NCBI GenBank assembly: GCA_040954595.2 | Contig: CM082582.2 | Span: forward strand, 9,043,483-9,107,482 | Length of the DNA stretch: 64,000 bases | Source of the DNA: Balanoglossus misakiensis | Lineage: Eukaryota > Animalia > Hemichordata | Reading direction: 5' to 3' | Part shown: in pieces, positions 49,301 to 62,100 of the stretch | Layout of the letters: every line of letters starts with the position of its first letter | Numbering within the stretch: the first letter of the stretch is position 1 | Program-made: the position numbers and the translations under genes | The notes under the pieces: model-generated | The model's database searches: none | What the model was told of the DNA's origin: nothing | The model's input: only the letters and a program-made list of their open reading frames with translations

Positions 49301-50758
49301 AACGTATTGTTATTCAGCTCAGTCGAGTGATGTTTGATTTTCACATCAGGCAGAAAAAAAAACTAAAGATCTTTTCAAACAGACAAATGACTCTGGCCCT
49401 ATCGGATGAAATGTTGCCTTTTTTTTGTCTCTGCTTCTTAGGGGCTCCATTGAAATTGTCTGCCAGCGCGGCACAATGCGCCATTTGTTAGTCAATCAAT
49501 CAAACGGCTATCTGTCAATCATCAGGTGTCTGTTTCATATGCAAATGAGCCTACTGCCATAGCAGGGGCCGCGCTTAGCCGTGCATGCAGAAATTACTCG
49601 CTTAAGCCTATTGATTCCTGAATGCAAAACTTTTGGGCTAATCATGCGGCACGAAATTTTTTTTAGCATCTCTGATCTGCATGTTATATCAATTAATTTT
49701 CACCCGATTCCCTTTTTTTGATTTTGTAACATTTCTGTTATGAAAGTCAAGCTATTCACTTCAATGTGTTTTTCTCCCTGTCCTGTTGATTAAAGTTAGC
49801 CAGAGCAGCCAGGCATGAAATTGGTAGTTGTTCCGTTAGACGTAAATTGCATATTATTTGCATATCCCCGGACAATCGTTGATTAATGAGAATCTGGGCG
49901 GTATAATAACTAAGGATATGTGAATAACAATTTTTGTGGCAAGTGCTTTTTTTATTGTTTCTCTGTGTGATGCTTGACATATAAAGAATATAATAATGGA
50001 GCTTTAAAACTAATAACTGAATTAAAACTGTTATTGTGTTAGTATACCAGTAGCATACATGTAATACACACGCTACACTCTGCTCTTCACACACACATAT
50101 TACGCATATGCTACAGGGCAGCTCATTTGAAAGCGGCTGGTCAGCTGAAAATGGCTCCCCTGAAACTTGCATGGTGAGAAGAACATGTTAGAACAGTGAT
50201 TAAATTGTGCAAAAACATGAAGCACCCACTTTTTGGCAAATCCCACAGGAGTGGAAATTTATTATCATGAATTTCAATCTGCGCGAAGGACGTGAGTACA
50301 GAGCAATCGCACGCCATGCAAGCAGAGCTGGGGAGGTCCTGCCAAACGTTCAGTGATTACAAATGCGGTTCTTGATTTTAGATACATGTTTGTGTAGAAA
50401 GCGTAGATAAAATGAAGAAATGTTATGATAGAAATGCAATCAGAAGAAAAAATGTCGTACCCTGTACTTGTTCGTTTGTTTACAAGTGACCAGTTCTTAT
50501 CAAGAACACCGACACTTATCCAATACAGCAATATTACATGTATACACTTTTGATACACCGTGACCCTTTGATAGCAGTGTTTTATTTATACATGCCTCAA
50601 TGTTCGTGTAAAATCCTTGTATTGTCACAACTTGATTTGAACAGGAGTAGATGGGGCAGTGGCTTGTGTGCCGATTTCTTTCCACCCCAATACCAGGAGG
50701 GTTGAGGATTACTTGTGCTTGTGCTCATGTTTTGTATTCAGATTTGTATCATCATCAA

Positions 50759-50851
<93 letters not shown>

Positions 50852-53800
50852 ACCCATTTCGACTGGGTTCCCAACTTGCTTAGCTGAGGATGGCCCACTT
50901 CACACATCGTTGGCACACTTAATTAGTATAGTAATATAAGCAACACCTGGCTACAGAAACAATGGAACAGGCTGGACAGACAGCAGTTGCAATGAACCAA
51001 TACCTGGCCAACCCATTGCTAGTATCCACAATCTTCCAGATCAGTAGTCCGCACCATTAGTAGACCTAGCATTCAGCATGATAACGTCATCTGCAGTTCT
51101 TAGCAGCAGCCGGCCGCACCAAGTGCACTCTATATAAGCATTAGTATCATGATGTATCATCCAATGACCATGGCAGTCTGGCAGTTGGTTTTAATTCATG
51201 TCTAGGCATTGATCGTATGTGGTCTGAGATCAGTGATAATACACACATACTGCAGTGGATTTGCAACCATATTATCCAGGAAGAGATAAATTGTATAAAT
51301 ATAGTCAAGTTGTTTTACATCTTACAGTTTTCCAATAAAGAGTGATGAACATTTGAGCATTTCGATCTTTTCAGCAATGAAGAATTAGCACTAATACATT
51401 TCATTTTATTTTACCAAATTTTCTCCAAGATTCTGTGAAGACCCGTGTGTACCCATTTCCTTGAAAGAGTCGTGGAATTATCAATAAATGAGTCAGACAG
51501 GTCACCTATCAGACTCTTCCAGTGTCTGTCACTCACAGGACAATGATGATATCAAATATTGATAGAAATAATGAATTTTGCATATGTTCCTTGCTGCGGC
51601 CCAAATCTCCATCAGCTGTGACTTTAGGCTATTTCTTCTTCTTGGTACTTATTTTTGAGTCCCTGTTTGGGACAAATGGAATAAAGTCTTAGCTTTTATT
51701 CCGTTTTTCTATAATTATAATGTAATACGCATTACTATGTCAGAATTCTGAAAGTGTTGACTGTGGCTACAACTTCTCTCCCATAATCGACTCTCTTTAT
51801 TCTGGGCCTTAGACCTACATACAAGATTTTTCGAATAATTTTGAACGAAATACAATTCGAACCGATCACTTTATATTAATTGGAACAAAGATTAATTTTT
51901 AAAAGGTATCATATACAAGTAGGTTAACCTGAATGTAGTTATTACATATCATAGTTGCCCTGGCTGCCATTGAATTATGCACGTACCCTTTAGAGAATAA
52001 CATGTGTATTGTCCCCAGATACATGACAAGGCCAATCTTGACTGACGCTTTAAAGAAAGTGTCACTTGAGGTCACGGTGACCTGCAAGTGACAAGGGGTA
52101 TGGAAGTACTGGTAGTAGTACACATTCCCTGTGTGGTGTTGATTGGTAACAGCTGTTACAGGGCGTTACAATTGTACACGTGGTGACTTGCTTGTGAAGG
52201 TGCTGCAGTCACAAATTTGATGGAGGTTGAGTGGCCGAGTTTCTGCTTGTTACACCGCATGACTGCCATTCAAATTTTCGGGTTTGTATCAAATTTTACG
52301 AGGCTCCAGTTGTTTAATAGGAAAACAGCATATTGCAGCCAGTTCTATTACTACCGTTGTCATTTTAGCGACCCGAAACACTGATAAGAACTCCAATATA
52401 ATTAGCCAGAGTAAACTGAGATTTTTATGCTGAAGTCAGCATCTGGTTACGTTCGTTTTGATCATTAGAACTGATTAGAGCAGTTCTGTATCAACACACT
52501 CTGGGGGGTGTCCTGCTTCGAACATGTCTAAAACACATGTGTACACATTTGTAAAGAGATTTTACACAGTGTCAGTTTTGAAGCAGGATGCCCCCTGTGG
52601 TACATGTTGATACAGAGCTATGTAATCAGTTAAAATGATCATTGCAAATGTAACCATATGCCGACTTCAGCATAAAAATCTCAGTTTACTCTGGCTAATT
52701 ATATTAGAGTTCTTATCAGTGTTTCGGGGTGCTTAAATGACAACGGTAGTATATCGACAAAAATCTGCTTGGTAGCGGGGAAGTGCCTTTGTCAAGCATC
52801 CACTCTGACAGACAAAAAAAACACCCTAGAAAAATCAGCTCTGTGTAATTGAGTGACCACTGAAAGGGCAGGGCGTCTCCAATGGTTGGGTAATCAGACT
52901 GGTGTGGCCGTCAATCATTTACCCAGACGCTTAGTAACCCCTTCACATCTACACACACACACAGATTAATACTCCGGCACACTCTGGATTATTTCTGCCG
53001 TTGATGAATGGGAAGAACTGTTGGTCAAGTATCCAATCGTTGGAATAATTAGTCGGCTGCGCGAGGACGGGGCACGTGATCTGTCAATCAGTGTCTACAT
53101 GCCATGTGTGTACACAGATGCTTAAAAAAAGGAGGGAATATTTTTAGATAAGAAGATTCATCTTGATTCGTTTCTTGTTTCTTAATTTCCTATCGATGAC
53201 AAAAAAATTGGGGTGTATTGACAGGCTTCATGTGAAAAATAGATAACTTTGTGATTTACCATATCTTCCTGAATTTGACAGTTACAGAAATATTCGATTT
53301 TGAGTGAATAACGCGGTAACTGACGGCTTATCTCAAAGTGAACTACATTATAACAGGTGTGTTTTTTCAAAAGATTATTCAATGATTGGCGGTTGAGAAA
53401 TAACCAAATACTCTTTGTCTACACAGACACCAAACACATTCAGCAATATTCAGATTCAGGTATTGCTTTATTTCTGAAGACAGAATGAATTTTCATTCAT
53501 TCTTTTGACGGAAACCCCGATAAAGGTTCACCCTACAGGCATACTTGTACCTTCAAATCATAAATTTAATTTGTTATCACCGAGTTGCAATTTACCAGGG
53601 TGTATTACGTGAAAAGTGACAACATCTCGTGTTCAGTGGCTTTCTGGAAGGTGCTGAAAGGTGAAAAGTCAAGCACACATGCCCACCAAGGGATCCATGT
53701 ACTACAGCTTGTTTGCCAGTCTCTCATGAGCTGTTATTGACAAGAGTCACGTCAAGATGTCAAATCACTTTTTACAAGAGGCCCCTTTACAGAAAAGATA

Positions 53801-56800
53801 GAGCTAAATCAATGAATAGTAATCATCATTGAATAACCTGTTAATTTTATTTAAAAATCGGTAAAGCTGGGGAAGATTTTTCTCCCCCACAGAACTGCCA
53901 ATTCTGCTTTTTTCTGATTTTAGTTCTTCTCTTTCAGCTCCTTTCAAAATAAGTGCTTGAAATGAGTCCTTTGTTGCTTTTTTATGCAATCAAGTGAATC
54001 AATCAGCAGGAAACAGCATTGTGCAATAACTTGCAATAACAAACTTCTGTAAAATCGAAATATTGTGGAGGGACGTTTCACTTGTCAGTCCAAAAAATCA
54101 CATGCTACCTCTGTTCCTCTGCCACACAAATTTGAGGAATAATATTTGTCTTCCTGTTGTAATACAGCTTTTTTTCATGGATGGTAGTACAAAAGCCTGA
54201 CAATGTCATTGAGAATAATTCAAACAATCTGGTGGAGCAGTAAAATACATTGCAGCAGTAAATTTTCACAGTGGTACATGTAAGTAGTTTTGTGATGTGT
54301 AGTCATGATATAAATTCCTCGTGTAAAAAAGGCTTTGTTGGTTCGCCAAGCAGTGAAGATGGACAGACAGGATATGTGTGATGCATTTTAATTCACCATC
54401 ATTGTGTTGTGTCGCAAACTGTCTCAGGTCTCTGTGTTCAATTTTGCCACTGTGAAAAAGAGACCTACATGTACACAGCATTGGTTTGTGTCAACACATA
54501 TTCATATGAAACGTGGTTTCTACCAAACTAAAAATACCAATTTTATTCTTCCCAGGCGTTGCCTGCATTTGTTCCCTTAAATCACGAAATTCAGGGGCCG
54601 GAAAGTTGGGCGGTTACGAAAAAAACATTTATGACAGATGAGTAGTCATATCATGTTTTACGCACACATCGTAAATCATTTCTTTTATGCAGTCGCAGTT
54701 GTCTGGGTTATCGGCGAGCCCATCAAATATATTTCGGAGGAGTTTTCAGGATGAAAAGGAGTGTTTGAATGTTTCTCTCGGCAACATCCTGGATATCAAT
54801 AAAGTGCAAGGATTAAAGGGACCGTGTGATTATTGCTTGACGTGATTTTTGTTTGTTTTTAGTGTGGTGCCATATGCTCTGCGTAAGGTTCAGTTGGTGT
54901 GAAAGGGGAATTATGGGAAGTGTGTGACATAATTGAAACAGCTAATACAATCTATCTTTCTGGCTGGGATTAGAATTCCTTATATTGCCATGTTCTTGTC
55001 TACAAACGGTGCACTCCAAGTTCAAAATACTTGATTGATCCGTGGTCTGTACAATGAATGACAGACAGCTGGGTTTTTTAATGAATCACTAGATCCAACC
55101 GGAGAAGGAGGCTTCTTTCTCTGGACTGCCTGCTCTTTTGTCACATCACACAGGAGACAAATAATTGGGATATCTGCATTCTTTTGATTAATTATCACTT
55201 CCATGTACAGCGTGCAATAATTCACATGAATTGCGCGATAGTGGAGGCGCTTGTATTGATTTATTTGTATCGAGTGACAAATGATGTATGAGAGAGTAAC
55301 AAAAAGTAATACATTTTTTTTCTTCTCTTTGCTGTCAGCTGGCAACGATGCTGAACAGGACGACGAACTTGACGATGAGAAGCTGGAGGATGAGGACTTT
55401 GACGTTTCCATGGGAACTGGGGAGGATGTCTCCGAGGGAACGAGGGAGGACGACGACGCGGGGTATTACGACTACGAGAGGAAGAGGTGTGTGAGAAGCT
55501 CTGATAAGGATGCGGAGGAGACCAGGAGAGGAAACAAAGAGGAGGCTTGTGAGGCTCTGAGTGAATACAGTGAAAATGACGAGAGCCCTCTGAACTTGAG
55601 TAATACATCAACGCTGGGATCAATGAACACACCGACACATATGTTGCACTATCTGCCCAATTTGCCTCCGACGTCATCATTCAAGCAGGATGATGATGCT
55701 GTGGCGCAGGCTGCAGCGGTGGCAGCATCCGCGGCTGCGTCCATCGCCATGAAGGCGGAAGAGGAAGGCTGCAGCCTGTCGGCCGCTCACGCCACCTGGG
55801 TGAAGTCGGTGCAGGAGATGATGTCGTCGGAGGGCACGGGACCCGACCACGTGTTCGGCTGCCTGGAGTGCAACCGCCGGTTTGTGAGCAACGACGCGCT
55901 GATGACCCACCTGCAGGAGACGGGTCACATCACCGGGCGACCGCTCGACCCGCTGGTGAACGACGTCAGCACGTGCAAAGGCTACGACCTGTGCATCGGT
56001 CCGAACGGGCAGCTCTTCAGCAAGTGCTTCTTGCGGCGCCACCAGAAGCGGGCCACCGAGTCCGACGTCAACGTATGCAACCTGCGCTGCCGGCAGTGCT
56101 CCAAGTCGTTTCCGAACCTGCTGAACTTGACGCTGCACATGAAGCAGTCGGGCCACTTCAACCCGAACCGGGCCAACCGCAAGAAGAAGCACAAAACGCA
56201 CCACCTGGACTACGAGGAGGAGATCCAGGTGGACAAGGTCATGAAGTGCATGGTGTGCCACAAGTCGTTCGACAACCTCCAGGACCTGACCATGCACATG
56301 ATGGAGACGCAGCACTTCAGCCGGGTGCCGGGATACAAGACGGAGACGTTCTTCCGGCAGCACCAGGAGCAGCTCCAGCAGCAGGAGACGCAGGACGAGG
56401 ACTCCCGGGAAGCCCTGATCGCGGATCAGCGGGAAGAGGCCTGGCGGACCATGCAGGAGAGCCGTGGCCGCATCGTCGTCTCGGACCCGCCCGTGATCGC
56501 GGCCGCCAAAGCGCAGCAGCAGCAAGCGGCGACTGCGACTGGATCGGCGGCCGGCCAGAACAAAAGCGCTGCCGCCTCCACCTCCAGCCAGAGTAGGGCC
56601 GGCCAGCACAGCACAATGCAAGAACTCCCACCCTCGATGCCCAATAGCACCAAACTGCAAACGGTGCAGGCGCGACTCCAGAGCAAGATGAGCAACTCCC
56701 GCGTTCTCAAGTGCTTGGCGTGCGATCATTCCTTCGACAACATCCACTCGCTGACAAAGCACATGACACAGACTGGACACTACCAGAAGGCGGCTGAGGA

Positions 56801-58265
56801 CACCCATCTATTCTCCTCCTCCACCTCCTCTTCCCCCTCATCGACAGCAGGGGCCAGGCCCAATGGCAACATGATGAAGTGGGAAGTGATTTCGGCGGTG
56901 CCCACAACTAACGGCATGTACACGCACGTCAAATCCAGGATTATCTCGCACTCGCGAAGCCCGCAGCTCACGGCGGAATCGCAAAGCGATGACAGGGTGA
57001 GCCCGGCGTCATCACCGCCAAGCGCTCCAAAACTCAGCAACACATTCCCTCTGCGACCCTCTCATAATTCTACCTCGGAACAGAGCAAAGAGGGGTCGCT
57101 CGCAAAACTTCCGACCGACATGAGTACAAAGGAGAAGTACATCAACCCGGATAATTTTGAGCTCGACATGAGCAGCCAGACGGTGCAGTTTAATCCGCTG
57201 GGAAATCTGGAGGCTTTGGTCCACGGAGCCACAACCGGCAAGTTCCCATCCAGGACTAACAAAAGTAATCCGGGATCAAGAGGTATTCCCGAAAGAATGC
57301 ACACTGTACACTGGACTAATTCCGGGATTTCTCCGGAGGAGCGCTACGGGGGTCTTCATCAGAGAAAGAGTACAAGTCACGCGAGCCAGTTCACAATGAT
57401 GAGGAGGCCTAACCTTCAGAACAGCGAAAATCATCAGTTCAGTGTCTTGAGTAGCGACATGTGCACAGGGAAAGACGAACCGCTGGACTTTTCCATTCCC
57501 AAGCACAGGAGTAACAAGGATGTCAGCAATAATTCCAACCCTAACAGTCCCCGAGTTGTGTCATCCACTAAAATGCGGGAAGAGTCGGACCATTTGGATT
57601 GCCAGGATGAACCACTGGCGTTGACGGTTAAGGCAGAGCCTGTGGATAGAAATGAGGGTAGGGCACTCGAAAAATCGCGGAATGAGTACGAATGTCTTGC
57701 GAAGAAGATCAAGACGGAGCCAGCGGGGAACTGTGACGATGCGACGACAAGGAGGTCAGCCAGAGTTCACAACCTGAAAACAAAGAAAGTCAAATGTGAC
57801 CTCGGCTCTCCCAAAGCAAATGTTGATGCTGAACGACGGCCGGAGAAAAGTCGGGGGAGGGGTGTGGCGGGCGAGATGGGAAACTCCGAAGACACTCTTT
57901 CCGCAGACGAGAACGACATTCCAAAAGACGGCAGTGCGTCAAGGTGTCTGTACCAGCCCGTCAATCAAAACGGTTACCTGGCGACCACCAAGGGCGGGGT
58001 GCTGCCCATGGCGACGGGTTCCTACCAGGGGGAAGGTGATGATCCGCTGAAAGCGATGGACAAACTGGTTCAGAGTGCCGTGGTTGGGAGGCAGGTGCGA
58101 GACAACAGAAGATCAGGTAAAAACGGCGGGAATAGCGTGGAAAATCATGAGAGAGACCGGGATTGCGGACTGAAAATTGCAATGTATGGGCCGATCATGG
58201 GAAATGATGACATGGGCTCGAACCCCCTTGAAGAGATGGACAAATTGGTGAATGCTGCTTTGTGA
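46339..58265 (+). CDS. tsh: Teashirt/tiptop-family zinc finger repressor; exons 46339-46378 and 55339-58265
   Basis: 40-nt exon 1 MPRRKQQAPKRLK with a phase-1 GTAAGT donor, as in vertebrate TSHZ. Tsh-type Cx2Cx12Hx5H fingers (KVMKCMVCHKSFDNLQDLTMHMMETQH, RVLKCLAC..HMTQTGH) and CtBP motif EPLDFS. Confidence 0.9.
50748..50851. repeat. (CAT)n microsatellite
   Basis: About 34 units with one interruption. It produces spurious poly-H, poly-S and poly-I ORFs. Confidence 0.95.
52351..52749. mobile_element. MITE (foldback) with ~170-bp imperfect terminal inverted repeats and TA target-site duplication; Tc1/mariner-type
   Basis: TA|CTACCGTTGTCATTT..CCCGAAACACTGATAAGAACTC..GAGATTTTTATGCTGAAGTC is mirrored by GACTTCAGCATAAAAATCTC..GAGTTCTTATCAGTGTTTCGGG..AAATGACAACGGTAG|TA. 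Confidence 0.85.
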
Positions 58266-58978
58266 TTGTTTAAAGATATATTTTGAAGAAAAAAAAAATA
58301 ATTTTAAATAAAAATTTATTAGAGATAATTTCAAGGAAAAAATGTGATATTTCAAATCCAGTCTTTCTGATGTTTTGAAAGTTTTTTGAAAATTACTGCT
58401 TTTATTTTTGTGATTTAAAATTGTAATATTGAAGTTGTTTCTGGTTGTAGTTAGAATTTTATAATAACCTGATAATGAGACACGCAGAGAGATTGTTGCT
58501 TTCTTATTGCACAATTGCCCGATAGTAGCAATGCGCCCAATACTGATGAGCATTTGATTTTGTTACGAACCTGGCAAGTTTTCATAGTAGTGAAATATGA
58601 AATGACAAGCGTCCTATCACTGGAATCTCGTGTTCGAATGACGTCATTGAACCCTCCTCTGCAGTTAGCATAATCCTGTCATCATCTGCAGCTCTGTTAT
58701 GATTTTGTCGTGTTCTGTTTTGTTAAGGTGCTTTTAGAGTCATGAGAACAGAGAAATCCCCTGAGGACTTGTGCCTGCTGGTGTCCCGTATTCCAACGAT
58801 TTGCAATTGGAGCCTGTCATTGTGTCCAGTATTTGTTGTCTATCTTGATTTCTAAACAACCCACTTGGCTGAAACACCAGGCGTTGATGAGAATGTGTAT
58901 ATATCTCACAATCCTGCAAAAGTATGAGCTCTGTCTTCTGTAATAAGTAACAAATTGGTTTAAATTAATACCCTTAGT

Positions 58979-59006
58979 AGAGAGAGAGAGACAGACAGAA
59001 AGAGTC

Positions 59007-59039
<33 letters not shown>

Positions 59040-59115
59040 GTCAGAGAGAGAGAGAGAGAAAGAGTCAGACTCGGAGAGAGAGAGAGACAGACAGACAGAC
59101 AGAAAGAGACAGACA
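58979..59115. repeat. Compound (AG)n/(ACAG)n microsatellite in the presumed tsh 3' UTR
   Basis: Read directly, with a higher-order recurrence of AAAGAGTCAG. Confidence 0.9.
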
Positions 59116-62100
59116 GCATAGCCTGCAAGGAGTCGATGTGTCAAGAAAGTTTGCATGCTGATAGTTTTTTGGTGTTTTCAGAAATAACAATGATGATGCC
59201 AGCCTTCGTTCAAAAACAACGCAGGCTGCAGTTTAATTTTGCATGACGTAACTAAGCTGTATTGTTTGTTGAAAAGTGCTTGCTGAATGTTTCTTTATAA
59301 AGTACAGGAACTCGACTGTCACAGCTTGTGGCAAAAATACGGTGAAATGAATGACTCTTTTGATCTAGAAATTTAAATGTTTTGGGTTAAAAAAAACAAT
59401 CCAATATCATTATTTCCTCTATTATGAATTTTTTACTGAGGTCTGGCCAGTGTGTGAGTGGTCCCACTCAGAAAGAATGATAAAAATGCCAGAAATTCCC
59501 TTCCTGCCCTTACCCCTTTTTTCCCCGTTCAGAATTTGCATTTGGATAAATTTAATGAGAAAAATGTCAGTGGTGTCTGCAGGAAATGTGACTGGGTTAT
59601 GTTAACTGCTGTGTTCGGATTTTTTTATGGCGTACAATTTGATTACATCAGATGGGAACATCAAAACACTTAACGAGACAGATTGATCATTTGTCCGCTT
59701 CTTAATGTATTTTTATGGCGAGTTTCTTTTTTTTTTTATGTACGTGCTAGTGCTTGAGAACAATGACTTTTTAAACCGAAGTACTATTTGTTTTAATTAT
59801 TGGCGATTGTCGTTTATCTTCAGCGACAGGGTGTACATGTTACTCTTAGGGTCTGGCATGTGACGCAACAGACGTTGGCTTGGTGTTGATGGCCAACCGT
59901 GACAGAACTTTGAAAGCCCTGGTGCCAGTGTGCAGTTGATCCTGCTTCTCGCTTAATAAAAATTCAAAAGCTTAGAGTCACAGAGGGCTCCCTTTGTGAT
60001 CACTTTTCAACTACTAAAGCAGTAGTGATGTGAGAGAAGGGGTCTAGTGATCGGAGTCAAATTTCGACCTGTGGATGATCGTCACGTCTGTAATGGACGT
60101 AATAGTCGCATGATTTACATAAGAATAACATGTACACGTTGTCTTTTCCGTACAAGCATCCAATATCTGCAGCTATAGAACAAAAATAATTATACATATA
60201 TCTAAATATATATATATATTGTACAGCCGCTGTGATAAAATAATAATGATAGTATTTGAAAATATGAATCTGAAAATTTAAACATATGGAGATGTGTTTA
60301 CTTAAGCAATAAAATCAGTTTTATGGGAGGTAGGTTTGTATCTGTTGAAGAGTACCTGTAAAATCCACTCTCCCTTTCTAGTGTCGTGTTTTTAGAATTT
60401 CAAAAATTATGATGGTCGGTGCAAATCTTTCGGTCTCTAAGTGTTGTAACATTTACTTTATCCATGTAGAACACATGCTTTTCCAGGTTGATTCCTCTTC
60501 TCTCTGTAACAAGTTTGGAATGACTTTCTAGAAACTTGTATCAATTTAAGCCAGCACCAGTTTTTTGTGTAGATATATTTATGTATTTCTGTGTTGTTTT
60601 CAACACGTTTCTGTATTTATCTGTGCTTTCATATTCCATGTGCCCACGTTTTACACATTCTGTTCGTGAATTCAGAACTGTGTAATTCATAGCACATCCA
60701 GTTTTTGATCCAAACAGCAGTGATGGACAGTCAGTTATCGGCTGAGTGCCACCTATTATAATTTTGGTTGCTGTATTTTTGCTCTCTTTTGAAGTAGCCC
60801 TGATTGAAAGTAGTCTAAACAAATCAAACTGAGGTCAAGTGACCGGACTGATAACAATGTAGCTCCCCTCCAAAAAGGCCAGTCGAGTTGAAAGGGCACC
60901 TCTTTTAATTAGTCGGTGTGTGAGGGCACAGCATAACTGACACTGACCAGGCCACTGACGTGTCTTCACGTTGATGAGTGACAGCTGCGACCTAGGTCAT
61001 CACTGGCTCCTCCCTTCTTGCAAAAAGGGTGGGGTGGGGCTTCAATCTAATATGATCCCTCCAACATTCCTCAAATCATGACATAATCACACACATTATC
61101 GTCAATTTATTCCATTCAGAGGGTTGTAAATGATTTCTTTTTATTTCCACTGTCAGGTGCCGTAGGTCAGAGCAGTGAATTATATTTATGGAAAGGGCAA
61201 AATGGCAAACGAGCTGTGTAACTTGACTTGCATTTGCTGGTTGGTTCATTGCTGCTAACCCCAAACCAGACACAAAACCAAACATTTACTGCAATATTTT
61301 CAACCGTTTTCTGTTTCAATATCCATCATGTACATGCACTCATTCACTGTGCAGATCTCATAAATCTTCCAGTAAATATAGTCACATTCATATTATTTAT
61401 GTTTCTAACACTTGGTTTTTATATTATTGTAATTTATTCTTCGTTCACTAGTCTTTTTGTGCTGTGTTTTGCTACTGGTACATTTTTGTACGAGATTTTT
61501 TTTATGACTCTGTGCAAATCACTGATCCATGCCTCGGTCTCACCAATGCGCGATACTGACTCCACACCAAAACAGGCCCCGGAGCCATGAAATATTACCG
61601 TTTTCCTGTTGCAAGAAAGAGGAGGGGGGGGGGGGGAGAGATTGGCTCACTCGTGATTGATACTGAAGTCTATGCCCTGTTTTGTTCAAGATTAATGACC
61701 AGAGAAAAATAATGACCGGGGGAAAAATAATATGCTTTCAGATGAAAAAAAAATGCTTGAATTACACCGAACGATCATCAGTAGCATATCGGCAGATGAA
61801 GTACATGCGAGTATCAAAGGACAGCTATTCATTCAACGTAACAGTCTAATGTACCGTGGACCAGAAAATCCTGTGTACAGCTAAGTGGATCCCATCACAC
61901 GGATCATGTTATAGCCTCTCGTCATTTCCTGGAGGTTCAGACTTCGCGGAGGCAGCCATCTTGGCTGATCTGCATTCGGGTCTTTTGTTCTCGCCCAGGA
62001 AGAGTGGTAACATTGTTAATCCGTGCCCTCGGGGGTCGGAATGGCTACCTGTACTCTTGAACACAATTCTCCTCTTTGTCTGTGAAATGGTGCTTCTGGT

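Larger units (their letters stand above)
48554..53090 (-). promoter_or_regulatory. Pbx/Meis(Prep) decamer TGATTGACAG sites in tsh intron 1 (48554, 48573, 49512, 53081)
   Basis: Four exact CTGTCAATCA on the + strand, plus partial sites at ~49491 and ~52910. Confidence 0.55.

Noticed and set aside
50651-50939. Poly-His, poly-Ser and poly-Ile ORFs
   Set aside because: Translations of the (CAT)n microsatellite.
53474-53516. CUGAAGA-hairpin-GAAAC
   Set aside because: Seven extra nucleotides break stem II geometry and stems I and III are not evident.
55677-56807. 376-aa - strand ORF and 242-aa alternate-frame ORF
   Set aside because: Shadows of the GC3-rich tsh coding region.
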